Below are positions 1-9,635 of a stretch of DNA of 64,000 nt, one piece after another. Position 1 is the stretch's first letter. Every line of letters begins with the position of its first letter. Where the stretch lies: the NCBI GenBank assembly GCA_043732185.1, contig JAYTHY010000052.1:30828-94827 (forward strand), read 5' to 3'. Origin of the DNA: Fibrobacteria bacterium (GTDB lineage: Bacteria; Fibrobacterota; Fibrobacteria; UBA11236). Position numbers and translations under genes: made by a program. The notes under the pieces are model-generated. The model saw nothing but the letters and a program-made list of their open reading frames with translations, did not search any database and had not been told where the DNA came from.

Positions 1-979
1 CATTTTCTTTGTTTGACTTGAATTTTTCAAACTCGGTTTGATTGGTATGCGAAAGTATGACCAGATCCGTATAAATCTGTGGAAATCCAGGTACCTTGAT
101 GAGCTGTTCTTGCGCCACTGTAATCAGCACGTAATGGAATTTAATGTCGCATTTTAAGATTTCAATGTATTCGATCAAACCACGATTACTTATTTCTAAT
201 TCGCCATCCAGACTGTACGCTCGCGGATCCGTTTCCCCAAATTCAGTGATCTTGGAAAAATCAACATGCCCGATCAGTTCGGAAATATCCTGGTTTTTTG
301 GATCGCTGGGCTGGAAGGTACCAATTCCACGTCGGGCACGCTCGGAAAGCGTAACCTGTTTCACCTTTACCTTTTCCCAGAGGATTCCACCTTTTTCATC
401 GCGGAAGTCCTTATTGTTCAAAAGGCGGTGGCGACAAATTGGACAAAGATCCCCTTCGATTTTTATACCACCGAGAATATCTTCCCATTTTGCGCGATCA
501 TGACGCGGTACCAGATGAAGCGGATCTTCGGACATCGGACAACCGTCGATGGCGTAAATGGGCATGGTGTTGGAATAGTCTTCCAGTCGTTTTTTTAGCA
601 AGCTGGCTATGGACGATTTGCCTGAAGAAACAGGCCCTACCAACATCAGAATTCGCTTACCCGTTTCCGTGCGCCGAGCGCCCGCATGAAAGAACTTCAC
701 AATATCGTGAATGGATTCATCTACCCCGAAAATGTTGCCTTCAAAAAAATTATACTGGACCAGATCTTCATAACCGGGAAGCAGGTCTTTCTCCGTAGTG
801 GGGTTCGTCCCTTGTGAAATAATCATATTGTAAAGACGGCTGGGAGCCGACATCGCCAAGGTGGGCGTTGCCTTGACTAATTCCAGATATTCCAGGCATG
901 TGCCTTGCCAAGAGGTGGCGTTTTTCTTCGCTCGATTTTCATTGATAATGGATTGGAAATCGCGGTTTTCGTCTACCAT
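1..979 (-). CDS. prkA: PrkA/YeaG family serine protein kinase (AAA+), partial; C-terminus runs off the left edge
   Basis: Not in the ORF track because there is no stop in the window. Manual translation from ATG at 979: MVDENRDFQS...KRILMLVGPVSSGKSS (Walker A)...IEGDLCPICRHRL...IGTFQPSDPKNQDISEL...DPRAYSLDGELEISNRGLIEYIEILK...ILSHTNQTEF, all PrkA motifs. GAAGGGAAG lies upstream. Confidence 0.93.
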   Translation of the reverse strand, partial: MVDENRDFQSIINENRAKKNATSWQGTCLEYLELVKATPTLAMSAPSRLYNMIISQGTNPTTEKDLLPGYEDLVQYNFFEGNIFGVDESIHDIVKFFHAGARRTETGKRILMLVGPVSSGKSSIASLLKKRLEDYSNTMPIYAIDGCPMSEDPLHLVPRHDRAKWEDILGGIKIEGDLCPICRHRLLNNKDFRDEKGGILWEKVKVKQVTLSERARRGIGTFQPSDPKNQDISELIGHVDFSKITEFGETDPRAYSLDGELEISNRGLIEYIEILKCDIKFHYVLITVAQEQLIKVPGFPQIYTDLVILSHTNQTEFEKFKSNKEN

Positions 980-1214
980 TGGTAGCTTCCCTTCTCGCTG
1001 AAACCTGCCTATATATTACGTTGTCCCATTCGGGAAAACAGCAATTTTCTAAATTTTTCTTCTCTGAAATTGGTGTCCGGCCGCAAGTTACTCGGGTTAC
1101 CGGCCACTTCCCTTGTAACGGCAATGGTTGATCTATTGTCGTCGAGTAGCGGTTTTTTACTAATTTCACTCTTTATTCAATTCAAAATTATCGTCCATAG
1201 GGATTTTCAACACC

Positions 1215-2462
1215 ATGACCAAGATCAATTCAAATTATCAAAAACTGCAAGCCGGTTACCTGTTCCCGGAAATCGGAAAAAGGGTTAAGGCTTATGCTAC
1301 CGAAAACCCGACTGCAAAAATTATTCGCTTGGGAATCGGGGATGTTGTCTTGCCCTTGCCTCCTGTAATTTTGGAAGCCATGCACAAAGGCGTTGATGAA
1401 ATGGGCAAAGCTGAAAGCTTTAAAGGCTATGGTCCGGAGCAGGGCTATGATTTTTTACTGCAAGCCATTTCCAAACATTTTCAATCACAGGGCGCACAGG
1501 TGGCACCGGATGAAATTTTCGTCTCTGATGGTTCAAAATGCGACACAGCCAACATACAGGAAATTTTTGACATCGACAACGTCATTGCCGTGACGGATCC
1601 TGTCTATCCCGTTTATGTGGATACCAATGTGATGGCAGGACGCACCGGTGAGGCCGAATCTGGCCGTTATGGCAAGCTCGTCTATATGCCGACCACGGCT
1701 GAAAATGGTTTCGACCCAGAAATTCCAAAATCTTCTTCACCGGGAGCAGGGCATGTGGACCTTATTTATCTATGCTCGCCAAATAATCCTACCGGAGCGG
1801 TGATGCCCAGAACCTCACTGGAAAAGTGGGTTGCCTACGCTAAGGCGAATGATGCCATAATCCTGTTCGACGCTGCCTATGAAGCCTTTATCCAAGAGCC
1901 CGGATTGCTCCATTCCATTTATGAAATTCCCGGTGCCCGGGAAGTCGCGATCGAGTTCCGAAGTCTATCCAAAACCGCTGGTTTTACCGGTACCCGGTGC
2001 GCGTATACCGTTGTACCCAAGGAATTGAAGGCCAAAAATCAAAAAGGGGAATTAGTAAGCGTCCATAGCTTATGGAACCGTCGCCAGACCACCAAATTTA
2101 ATGGTGTAAGTTATCCTATTCAAAAAGCCGCAGAAGCCACTTTCACCGAAGCCGGTGCCAAAGCCATTCGCGACAACATCGCTTATTATATGGAAAACGC
2201 GCGTATTATCCGTGAAGGATTGAAATTTTCCGGTTACACGGTTTATGGTGGGGTGAACGCACCTTACATCTGGTTGAAAGTGCCGAATGCCATGACTTCT
2301 TGGGCTTTTTTTGACAAATTGCTTCAGGAAGCCCAAGTTGTAGGCACCCCAGGATCTGGATTCGGTTCTTGCGGCGAGGGATATTTCCGATTGAGCGCCT
2401 TCGGTTTCCGGGAAAATGTTGTTGAGGCTGTTGAACGGATAAAACTACGCATAAAGCCATAA
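1215..2462 (+). CDS. dapL: LL-diaminopimelate aminotransferase
   Basis: N-terminal [48 protein letters not shown]-lysine motif [20 protein letters not shown]. Confidence 0.96.
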   Translation: MTKINSNYQKLQAGYLFPEIGKRVKAYATENPTAKIIRLGIGDVVLPLPPVILEAMHKGVDEMGKAESFKGYGPEQGYDFLLQAISKHFQSQGAQVAPDEIFVSDGSKCDTANIQEIFDIDNVIAVTDPVYPVYVDTNVMAGRTGEAESGRYGKLVYMPTTAENGFDPEIPKSSSPGAGHVDLIYLCSPNNPTGAVMPRTSLEKWVAYAKANDAIILFDAAYEAFIQEPGLLHSIYEIPGAREVAIEFRSLSKTAGFTGTRCAYTVVPKELKAKNQKGELVSVHSLWNRRQTTKFNGVSYPIQKAAEATFTEAGAKAIRDNIAYYMENARIIREGLKFSGYTVYGGVNAPYIWLKVPNAMTSWAFFDKLLQEAQVVGTPGSGFGSCGEGYFRLSAFGFRENVVEAVERIKLRIKP

Positions 2463-2547
2463 TAAAAATCTTCAAAAAAATAAACCTTTTTTCCACGCAA
2501 TTTTTGTGATTATTGAAAGCCCAAATACCATGAATAAGGTCTAAATT

Positions 2548-2577
2548 CTTGTACTTGTACTTGTACTTGTACTTGTT
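2548..2577. repeat. Hexanucleotide simple sequence repeat (CTTGTA)4 plus CTTGTT
   Basis: Directly visible: cttgta cttgta cttgta cttgta cttgtt, ending about 28 nt upstream of the OMP start codon. Confidence 0.95.
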
Positions 2578-2605
2578 CATGTTGATTTCAAAAAGGAGCC
2601 GTATC

Positions 2606-3166
2606 ATGTCATCACAGTATCAAAAGAGTCTTGTTTTGGCCCTAGTACTCCTAACCGGGGCTTGGGCAGGGGGTCATAATTTTGGGCTGGGTTTCATTTT
2701 GGGGGAACCGACAGCATTGGATGCAAAATACTGGACCAGCGCCAGCACCGCGATAGATTTTGGACTAGGCTGGGGACTGGGATACAACAATTATTATGAT
2801 GATCGGTGCTGGGATGCAGCGTACTATAACCGGAATCGAGCCTATTGCAATGACCGTGGTTTCAATGGTAATGGGAGTAACCGCTACGGTTACCGTGGTT
2901 TACACGTGCATGCAGATTATCTTTTCCATAACTTTAACGTAATACATACCTCAGAAAAATTTCCCATTTATTACGGGCCTGGATTAAACTTGAATTTTTG
3001 GAATCAAGGGGACACCCAATTTGGAATTCGCGGCGTAATCGGAATTGCTTGGATGCCGCAAGCGACCCCCATAGATTTATTTTTCGAAATCGCACCAGTT
3101 TTAGAATTGATCCCGGGAACTTGGATGGATGTGAATGCTGGAATTGGCGGTCGATTTTATTTCTGA
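2606..3166 (+). CDS. Putative small outer-membrane beta-barrel protein
   Basis: ATG 2606 follows AAGGAG. Signal peptide (SLVLALVLLTGAWA), GLGFILGEPT motif, alternating amphipathic strands, C-terminal GGRFYF BAM-type signal. Confidence 0.75.
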   Translation: MSSQYQKSLVLALVLLTGAWAGGHNFGLGFILGEPTALDAKYWTSASTAIDFGLGWGLGYNNYYDDRCWDAAYYNRNRAYCNDRGFNGNGSNRYGYRGLHVHADYLFHNFNVIHTSEKFPIYYGPGLNLNFWNQGDTQFGIRGVIGIAWMPQATPIDLFFEIAPVLELIPGTWMDVNAGIGGRFYF

Positions 3167-5877
3167 TGTAAAACTGCGGGACGATAATCCTGCAAGGAAA
3201 CGCGACAATTGGCGCCATGGACTATGGCTGGCAAACTCTCGATGCCGGGGTGAGGCAGTGCGAATAGAACTTTTGAACCGGGCTTATTCGCCACTGCAGC
3301 TTTTAAACGGATAAAAGTGGCCGCTTGGTGCGCGTCAAGGCCTAGCATCAAGCGGTTTGCTTCACTTGTTTTGTGCTGTTCTTCCAAGGCGATGATAAGA
3401 TTTAGTACCGATTCTGGGGCACTTGCATCCAGCTCCAAAGCTTTGCGAAAATGAAATTCCGCCGCTTCCGGTTCAATCAGTGATAGGGGATGAATGAATT
3501 GGATTCCCAAGTCAGTATGGGCCAAAGATAGTGCCCTAGAAGAGTGATCTTTTTCCAAATAGGGGTAGATTTTTTCCATCGGCAGCGTCCGTCTGTACCC
3601 AGGCAGGAATCGAGTTATTTCTTTAGCAATGCCGGAAGGATCCGAATAGGAAAGGCTTTTGGGTGATTCGTAATACAACGCCAGTGGCTCGGCTAAATGA
3701 AAGGCGCCGGCGGAAAGCGAGGCTTTTAAGAAGAACTCATAGTCCCCGGCAATTTTATAGCTCCCATCGAAAAATCCTAAACTATTATGCAAGGATTTCC
3801 GCCACATCACTGTACAACCAAATGGACAATCAACCAAAACTTGCCTTGCATTGAAATCAGGCATTACCCAAACACTGGTAGCCGAATGGCTTGTCATTGT
3901 TTCATTTTTTCTTTTTGTTAACAGGGCATCAACGTATACCAGTCCTTCCATTCTGGCATCCAAAGTCGCCGCCATCCGTTCGAAGGCATTATGGCTATGC
4001 CGATCATCAGCATTGGCATTTACCAAATATTCTCCTCGGGAAATCGTCACTGCCCGGTTCCATGCACTATAAATGGATTCCCTTTCCGTGCGCAAATATT
4101 GGATGCCAGAAAACTTAGATTGAAAATCTTTGACAATGTTATGCTCTCCTTGGGACGAGCCACTGTCAATGACTACGATTTCCAGTTCACCTTTTAAAAA
4201 GAGCGTCTGTTCGACCAAGTCTTGGAGGCATCCCTGCATGAATTCTTCGGCTTGATACACGGATACAATAGCGCTTACTTTGGGAAGAAATGGCGCAGAT
4301 TTTTCGAGACGGATTCCAGAAATTTCCGGAGTTGGCAAAGTGGCCTCAGGAGAAACCTGCGGCGTATTTCCCCTTTCAGGTTCCAAGAATTTCAATTCGT
4401 CCTGATATCCGGGTACTTCCCTATCCAGAAAAGCGGTCACGCCATCGGCCAATTCCTGTTTGCCCAGAGCAAGGGTAGATTGACGAAGCCACCAACGCGC
4501 CCGCCAATGCGGAAAACCGGTTTTAATGGCCTCCACGAATTCAAGAGCGGCCTCTCCATGCCAACCCATTGCGGAAAAAGCCAAACCTGCCCAGAATCGT
4601 AAAAAAGGATCGGTGGGATAGCGCTCCCGATACGCCATGATCCCACTGACAAAGAGCAGACGGTTGGCATGGGAAATTTCTGCTTCGGCTTTCCATACAA
4701 CTGGTAAGGCACCTCCTTCACGGCTCACTTTAAATGCACCAGCCTGATCCCCCAATGTGTCTATAAAGATACGTGCACCATCCGATCCGGTGGCCTTTGC
4801 AGTGGGCCAGTGTCGGGAGCGTTTCGGCCTCTCCAACATTTTTGCATAAAGGGAGTTGATCTTTACCGCGGCATTTTCCGCCCCAAATATTTGCTGTGCA
4901 TACGACCTGGCGTTAATTCCCATGCGCTGCCGCTCAGCCGGATTCCGGTACAGGTATTCCACGGCTTCTTTGTACTCACCCGTGGAATGCACAATTAAGC
5001 CAGTAAAATCGTTGATAACCAGGCGCTTAACCCCGCCATACGGAAAAACTACAGGTGCGAAACCTGCGTACATGACTTCCTGAAGATTCAATTCGGATCC
5101 TGCATATGTTTCTTCGCAAAGTGGATATCCGTAAAGGTCGAATTCCTCCATGACCTCCCGAACATTCTCAACGTAACCACGGAACTCGAAACGGTCGGTA
5201 GCTCCAAGTTCTCGCACTTGACCACGCAATACTTCCAGTGAGCCCTCTCCACAAATAATGAACTTAACATCGGGAATCTTTATAGCTGCAGACATCCTAA
5301 CATAATCTGGATGCATTTTAATGAAATCGATGGTGCCGATATAGCCGATCTTAAATCCTGTGTGGGGACGGTGTTTGAATCCCTGGATTCGGGAAAAATC
5401 AGCGGCTCCATAGACCAGACCTGCATGCTGAAATTTCCTTTCGGCTTCCATGTCCCTAAAAATTGGAGTGTCATAATAGGTATATGGATTACAAGGCACA
5501 TTCATATCGGCAAAATCAAGAAGCGCAGGAGTAATTAGATGCGGAACCCGATCACCGGCTACATGATAGAAGAACATAAGGCGCATGGGCGGGAGCGCCG
5601 AACGTATAAAATCAGTTATTTCCGGAACATTCCACCAGTGCATCTGCACAATATCGGCTTCAGAAAGTTCCGCTTCTAGTAAAGTGCGAGTTGGGCCGCT
5701 GATAACCCTGATACCGGAATCGAGCGCCATTTGATGAGCCCGACCTTCCGCTGGAAGAATCGAGAGAATGCTAGGCGTATAAGTTCCACTCCTCGCTGAA
5801 CATTTTGCTGTCGCCACTAATGCCCGTGCAGCTCCTCCCAGGGTTAGAATTTGAATAACATGAAGGATTTTAGGCAT
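3157..5877 (-). CDS. Multidomain glycosyltransferase (GT4-like + TPR-like + GT2 + TPR-like)
   Basis: Start moved to MPKILHVIQ (GAGGGAG RBS). GT-B motifs LTLGGA and ELNLQEVMYAG; GT-A motifs VSAIVSVY, VIDSGS, NANADDR, AGDYEFFL. Confidence 0.85.
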   Translation of the reverse strand: MPKILHVIQILTLGGAARALVATAKCSARSGTYTPSILSILPAEGRAHQMALDSGIRVISGPTRTLLEAELSEADIVQMHWWNVPEITDFIRSALPPMRLMFFYHVAGDRVPHLITPALLDFADMNVPCNPYTYYDTPIFRDMEAERKFQHAGLVYGAADFSRIQGFKHRPHTGFKIGYIGTIDFIKMHPDYVRMSAAIKIPDVKFIICGEGSLEVLRGQVRELGATDRFEFRGYVENVREVMEEFDLYGYPLCEETYAGSELNLQEVMYAGFAPVVFPYGGVKRLVINDFTGLIVHSTGEYKEAVEYLYRNPAERQRMGINARSYAQQIFGAENAAVKINSLYAKMLERPKRSRHWPTAKATGSDGARIFIDTLGDQAGAFKVSREGGALPVVWKAEAEISHANRLLFVSGIMAYRERYPTDPFLRFWAGLAFSAMGWHGEAALEFVEAIKTGFPHWRARWWLRQSTLALGKQELADGVTAFLDREVPGYQDELKFLEPERGNTPQVSPEATLPTPEISGIRLEKSAPFLPKVSAIVSVYQAEEFMQGCLQDLVEQTLFLKGELEIVVIDSGSSQGEHNIVKDFQSKFSGIQYLRTERESIYSAWNRAVTISRGEYLVNANADDRHSHNAFERMAATLDARMEGLVYVDALLTKRKNETMTSHSATSVWVMPDFNARQVLVDCPFGCTVMWRKSLHNSLGFFDGSYKIAGDYEFFLKASLSAGAFHLAEPLALYYESPKSLSYSDPSGIAKEITRFLPGYRRTLPMEKIYPYLEKDHSSRALSLAHTDLGIQFIHPLSLIEPEAAEFHFRKALELDASAPESVLNLIIALEEQHKTSEANRLMLGLDAHQAATFIRLKAAVANKPGSKVLFALPHPGIESLPAIVHGANCRVSLQDYRPAVLHQK

Positions 5878-5989
5878 GCGGAAAAGGCTCCCTCGGATCG
5901 GAAATTCCCCTACCGGAAATTCCAATAAAATCATGCTGAACGACAGTCCTCCCTCATGATACCATTTAAATGATCAAAAAAGGCACCAA

Positions 5990-6802
5990 ATGCGCATTCC
6001 AAAAAAACTGGTAAATAGAGACAAACTAGAACCTACTTACGAAATGGAATCGGATGTAAAATTGGAAACCATTGGCCGAGTGAATTGGGACCAAGTCGAA
6101 ATCCGTTCTAAATTGGAAGAATTTTTGCCCATATTTGCACAGAGACCGATCCAGGATAATCAAGGAGGTATGACATCCGTGGGTCTTTTCAATGTCTGGT
6201 TTCTGCTTAATAAACTACAACCGCAATACGTTATTGAAAGTGGAATCTGGAAAGGCCAAAGCACTTGGCTTATTGAAAACACTTTGACCCAGGCCCGGAT
6301 TCTTTCCATTGACATCGATTTATCCTTGCGTAATTTTATTTCCTCCCGCGCCATATATAGCCAAGAAGATTTTCTGGCCATCAATATTGCGAAACTGGGT
6401 TGGCGTTTCGAAAACTCCCTCGCCTTTTTCGATGATCACCAGCATGTAATACCCAGGTTACAAAAATGCCTTGCCTTAGGAATCAAGGACATCATTCTGG
6501 ATGACGACTACCCGGAATATGCAGGTGCGCGACATTTAAGTGCAGCATCCAGTTGGAACGAAAAAGATCCATCTGGAAAGCCGCGGTTCCCGAACGAAAA
6601 ACATTTTCTTGAGCAACATTTGGAAGCCTATTATCTGATGCCTCCCTTGTTTGATTACCCGGAAGCACTGACCCAAGAAAAATCCTATCTAACCATGAAT
6701 TCTTTGATGGGAAAATATGATCCTCTGCGGCATGGAAAACTCGCCATATACAACAGAGACATGTACAGTTATCGTTGGACAACCTATCTCCGATTGAAGT
6801 GA
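5990..6802 (+). CDS. Uncharacterised SAM-methyltransferase-like protein
   Basis: 270-aa ORF with VIESGIWKGQST (motif I-like), ILSIDID and AFFDDHQ; lies on the opposite strand to the surrounding cluster. Confidence 0.6.
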   Translation: MRIPKKLVNRDKLEPTYEMESDVKLETIGRVNWDQVEIRSKLEEFLPIFAQRPIQDNQGGMTSVGLFNVWFLLNKLQPQYVIESGIWKGQSTWLIENTLTQARILSIDIDLSLRNFISSRAIYSQEDFLAINIAKLGWRFENSLAFFDDHQHVIPRLQKCLALGIKDIILDDDYPEYAGARHLSAASSWNEKDPSGKPRFPNEKHFLEQHLEAYYLMPPLFDYPEALTQEKSYLTMNSLMGKYDPLRHGKLAIYNRDMYSYRWTTYLRLK

Positions 6803-6824
6803 CTGCATTCCCAAGTTTTCCATT

Positions 6825-8855
6825 TCACCCTAGGTCATAAAAGGACCGGAAGCGCTTTAAAATGGCTGCGTCCCTGATCACACCATCCGGAAAACGGCTG
6901 GGTGCAGTAGCGGCCAGTGGCGTACGATATTTTTCCGTTGCCCCACAATGCACGCCGGTTCCATCCATCCCGATATTGTCGATATGAGAAACCGTTGGGT
7001 AAATGAAAGAACCGCCACGAAGATAGGTGGTCAAGACCCAGTTCAATGTCCATGTATCCGTTAGAGGATTTGTGAGTTGGGCTTCCAGAATGTGCGGAAT
7101 ATCGTTGCCACCTTGGAGTAAATCGATTTTTTGATCCAAAGCCTTGCGGGTCGCATTTGGTAAATCACGCTCCAAAAGGCGCCAAGCCCGTGACCAGGTT
7201 GCCCAGCCCCAACTCCCGATTCGAGGTGCAAAATAGAGGTCAAAGGGATAATCGTTCAATATCTCCTCATTGAGAGGAACGGTATATCCGGAAATACCAA
7301 GTATCGTTGGTTCATGGCGATATTTTTCTAGGCACCTTGACATGAATTCTAGAAAGTACTTTTGGGGAACACAATCATCCTCGAGCAGAATCATATTTTC
7401 ATACCGGTCAAGCATATAGTCGGCGGCCGCCATGATTGATTTGGCCAATCCGTGGTTTTCCTGCCGTTCAACAATTATTGGTTTGACCCAATCCACAGCT
7501 TTACAAAGTCGGCGTGTTTCCGCTACGCCGATCATATCCTGATCCTTTTTGCAACCATCTAAAAATATTGTGAGGTTTGTGGCACCTAGGTTTCGTAGGC
7601 CTTCAAGAACCTTCCGGGTGTGCTCGGCGCGTTTATAGGCGACAAGAACGATGGGTAAATTTCGTGGATCGGGACGTCCACCAGAATTCTCAATGGGGCT
7701 TTTTTTTGTTGCATTCGAAAAGGGCAAAACAGGATCAATTATAGTTGGCTGTGGATCACGCACAGCTACCAAGCGGATTTGGTAATTTCCGGTACTGACA
7801 GCCTGGTCACGGCATGCTGCATGAAAGGCTTCCTCGCCTTTTCCACGGTAAATATTTTCATAACCAGCTGGCCATTGGTGCTGAATAGCCTCCACCTGAA
7901 GGACATTAAATCCCGCTGACTGGAAAAGATTGCCTAACGTCTGTGGATTCCAAGTAAACAAATGTTTATTCACATCCCTAGGATCGTAGGCTTGGCCCGG
8001 ACCCTCATAGGGCAATACGAAAACAATTTTTCCTCCGATTCTGAGAATTCGGCGAAGTGAACTTAGGACCTGTAAGGGATCGTGTACATGCTCCAGTGCA
8101 TGATTCGAAATGATTACATCTGCATATTCGTCGGGTAAATCTTGAGAAGATTCCACCGACCGAATTCCACCCACATTTAAAGCTTCACTCCGGGCAACTG
8201 GATTTAATTCAATGCCTATTTTTCTTCTGCCAGGAAGATTTCGAAGTAAATACCCTCCCCCACTACCGAAATCTACAAGACTCGCGTCCGGTGCGACAAA
8301 GGGCAGAAACTTAAAGCGATTTGCGACTCCGCCAAAAGCACCGATAGTTTTTTGAAAGGAAAAGTAGTCACTGCCATAATATGATTTTTCACTCTTTACA
8401 TTTTCAACTTTTCCAGAAGCAAAAAGCGACAAGTCACCGAAAACGGGTTGACCAGGCCTTGGAAATGACGCACCGTTTTCATTATCACGAATGGCCTGAC
8501 AATAGGATAGAACCCTTTCAATTGGTAGTGGAAATGAGACCCTGGTGGCTTCCAGGAACTCACGATATGCTTCTTGATATTTTTTTTCCGATTGGAAAAG
8601 TAACCCTCGCCAAAGCCTCAAGTGACCATCCCATCCACCGCCTTCCTTCATCACTTGGGAAAGTGAAAGCCAGGCCTTTTCCGGCAAGCGTTCTACGATA
8701 ACTTTTTCGGCAGCCAAGATATGCTCAAGATCGCTCGGAGATTCCATCTGACCAACCAAACTTGTCTCCAAAGCACCTTTCAATATCTGGTCAAAATTAT
8801 TTTCAGAAGAGAGTTTATCGAACCATGAATGTGCCAAACCTTGAGTACCGATCAT
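6825..8855 (-). CDS. Class I SAM methyltransferase fused to a GT-A glycosyltransferase
   Basis: LVDFGSGGG and SNHALEHVHDP (methyltransferase); PIVLVAYKR, ILLEDDC, SWGWATW (GT-A). Confidence 0.82.
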   Translation of the reverse strand: MIGTQGLAHSWFDKLSSENNFDQILKGALETSLVGQMESPSDLEHILAAEKVIVERLPEKAWLSLSQVMKEGGGWDGHLRLWRGLLFQSEKKYQEAYREFLEATRVSFPLPIERVLSYCQAIRDNENGASFPRPGQPVFGDLSLFASGKVENVKSEKSYYGSDYFSFQKTIGAFGGVANRFKFLPFVAPDASLVDFGSGGGYLLRNLPGRRKIGIELNPVARSEALNVGGIRSVESSQDLPDEYADVIISNHALEHVHDPLQVLSSLRRILRIGGKIVFVLPYEGPGQAYDPRDVNKHLFTWNPQTLGNLFQSAGFNVLQVEAIQHQWPAGYENIYRGKGEEAFHAACRDQAVSTGNYQIRLVAVRDPQPTIIDPVLPFSNATKKSPIENSGGRPDPRNLPIVLVAYKRAEHTRKVLEGLRNLGATNLTIFLDGCKKDQDMIGVAETRRLCKAVDWVKPIIVERQENHGLAKSIMAAADYMLDRYENMILLEDDCVPQKYFLEFMSRCLEKYRHEPTILGISGYTVPLNEEILNDYPFDLYFAPRIGSWGWATWSRAWRLLERDLPNATRKALDQKIDLLQGGNDIPHILEAQLTNPLTDTWTLNWVLTTYLRGGSFIYPTVSHIDNIGMDGTGVHCGATEKYRTPLAATAPSRFPDGVIRDAAILKRFRSFYDLG

Positions 8856-8870
8856 ACTTTATTCATTCAA

Positions 8871-9467
8871 TTAGCTGGACCGTGCCATGAGTAACATGTA
8901 TTCTTTATTATAAAGAATTTCCTTTTCAATCTGATAATTTTTACTCACTTCCAATTTCAATTCATCAAATGATTTTACAAATCCCAATGGATTTTCCGGT
9001 ATATAGAGGGAAATAAATAGAAATTCAGTTCGCGTGGCTAGGGCTGCCAAAACTTGGCGCCAGTTTTCCATATACGAAAGAACTTCCCGAGAAAGAATCA
9101 AGTCGAACTTTTCCCAAGGGAAATTATGAATTAGATTCTCGATTGGAAGTGTGAGGAATTCAACCCCTGGGCAACGCTGTTTTGCCTTCGCTATCGCGGT
9201 ACTGGAAATATCGAGTCCAAGCACATAATTATTTTCCTTTTTAAGGAACTGGGTAAAGGTTCCCTTTCCGCAGCCTGCATCCAATATCCGTTTAAAAGAA
9301 TACCTGTCCAACACACTTCGAGCCATGTTTTTAAAGAACAGGGTCATGTCTTCGGAACCCCAACTGTCATAACCCTGGACATCTTCGTGTTCGTACATTT
9401 CCTCGAAATTACCCAGAAACTTTCTCTTATTATGATCGAATACGTATTTATGGTAGGGTTTTTCCAT
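8871..9467 (-). CDS. Class I SAM-dependent methyltransferase
   Basis: ILDAGCGKG, GLDIS, FDLILSREVLSY; start moved to MEKPY after a GAGGTG RBS. Confidence 0.85.
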   Translation of the reverse strand: MEKPYHKYVFDHNKRKFLGNFEEMYEHEDVQGYDSWGSEDMTLFFKNMARSVLDRYSFKRILDAGCGKGTFTQFLKKENNYVLGLDISSTAIAKAKQRCPGVEFLTLPIENLIHNFPWEKFDLILSREVLSYMENWRQVLAALATRTEFLFISLYIPENPLGFVKSFDELKLEVSKNYQIEKEILYNKEYMLLMARSS

Positions 9468-9635
9468 CCGCACCTCAAGTTTTCCTGAACCCGAAACATT
9501 GGCGTTCTGAGCCCTATTATCCCATACCTCCTCAATGCCTGTCCAGGGGAGGATTGGACTAGAATTTTTGCGAGTAAAATGGGATCCATTGACAGGCAAT
9601 AACCGGTTGAGATAAAATTACCTGCAGTGAATAGC

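Noticed and set aside
144..798. Three plus-strand ORFs in the track (119, 110 and 119 aa)
   Set aside because: Antisense shadows of prkA, which has clear motifs on the minus strand
2549..2605. MYLYLYLYL N-terminal extension of the OMP ORF
   Set aside because: Translation of the SSR; the RBS and signal peptide point to ATG 2606
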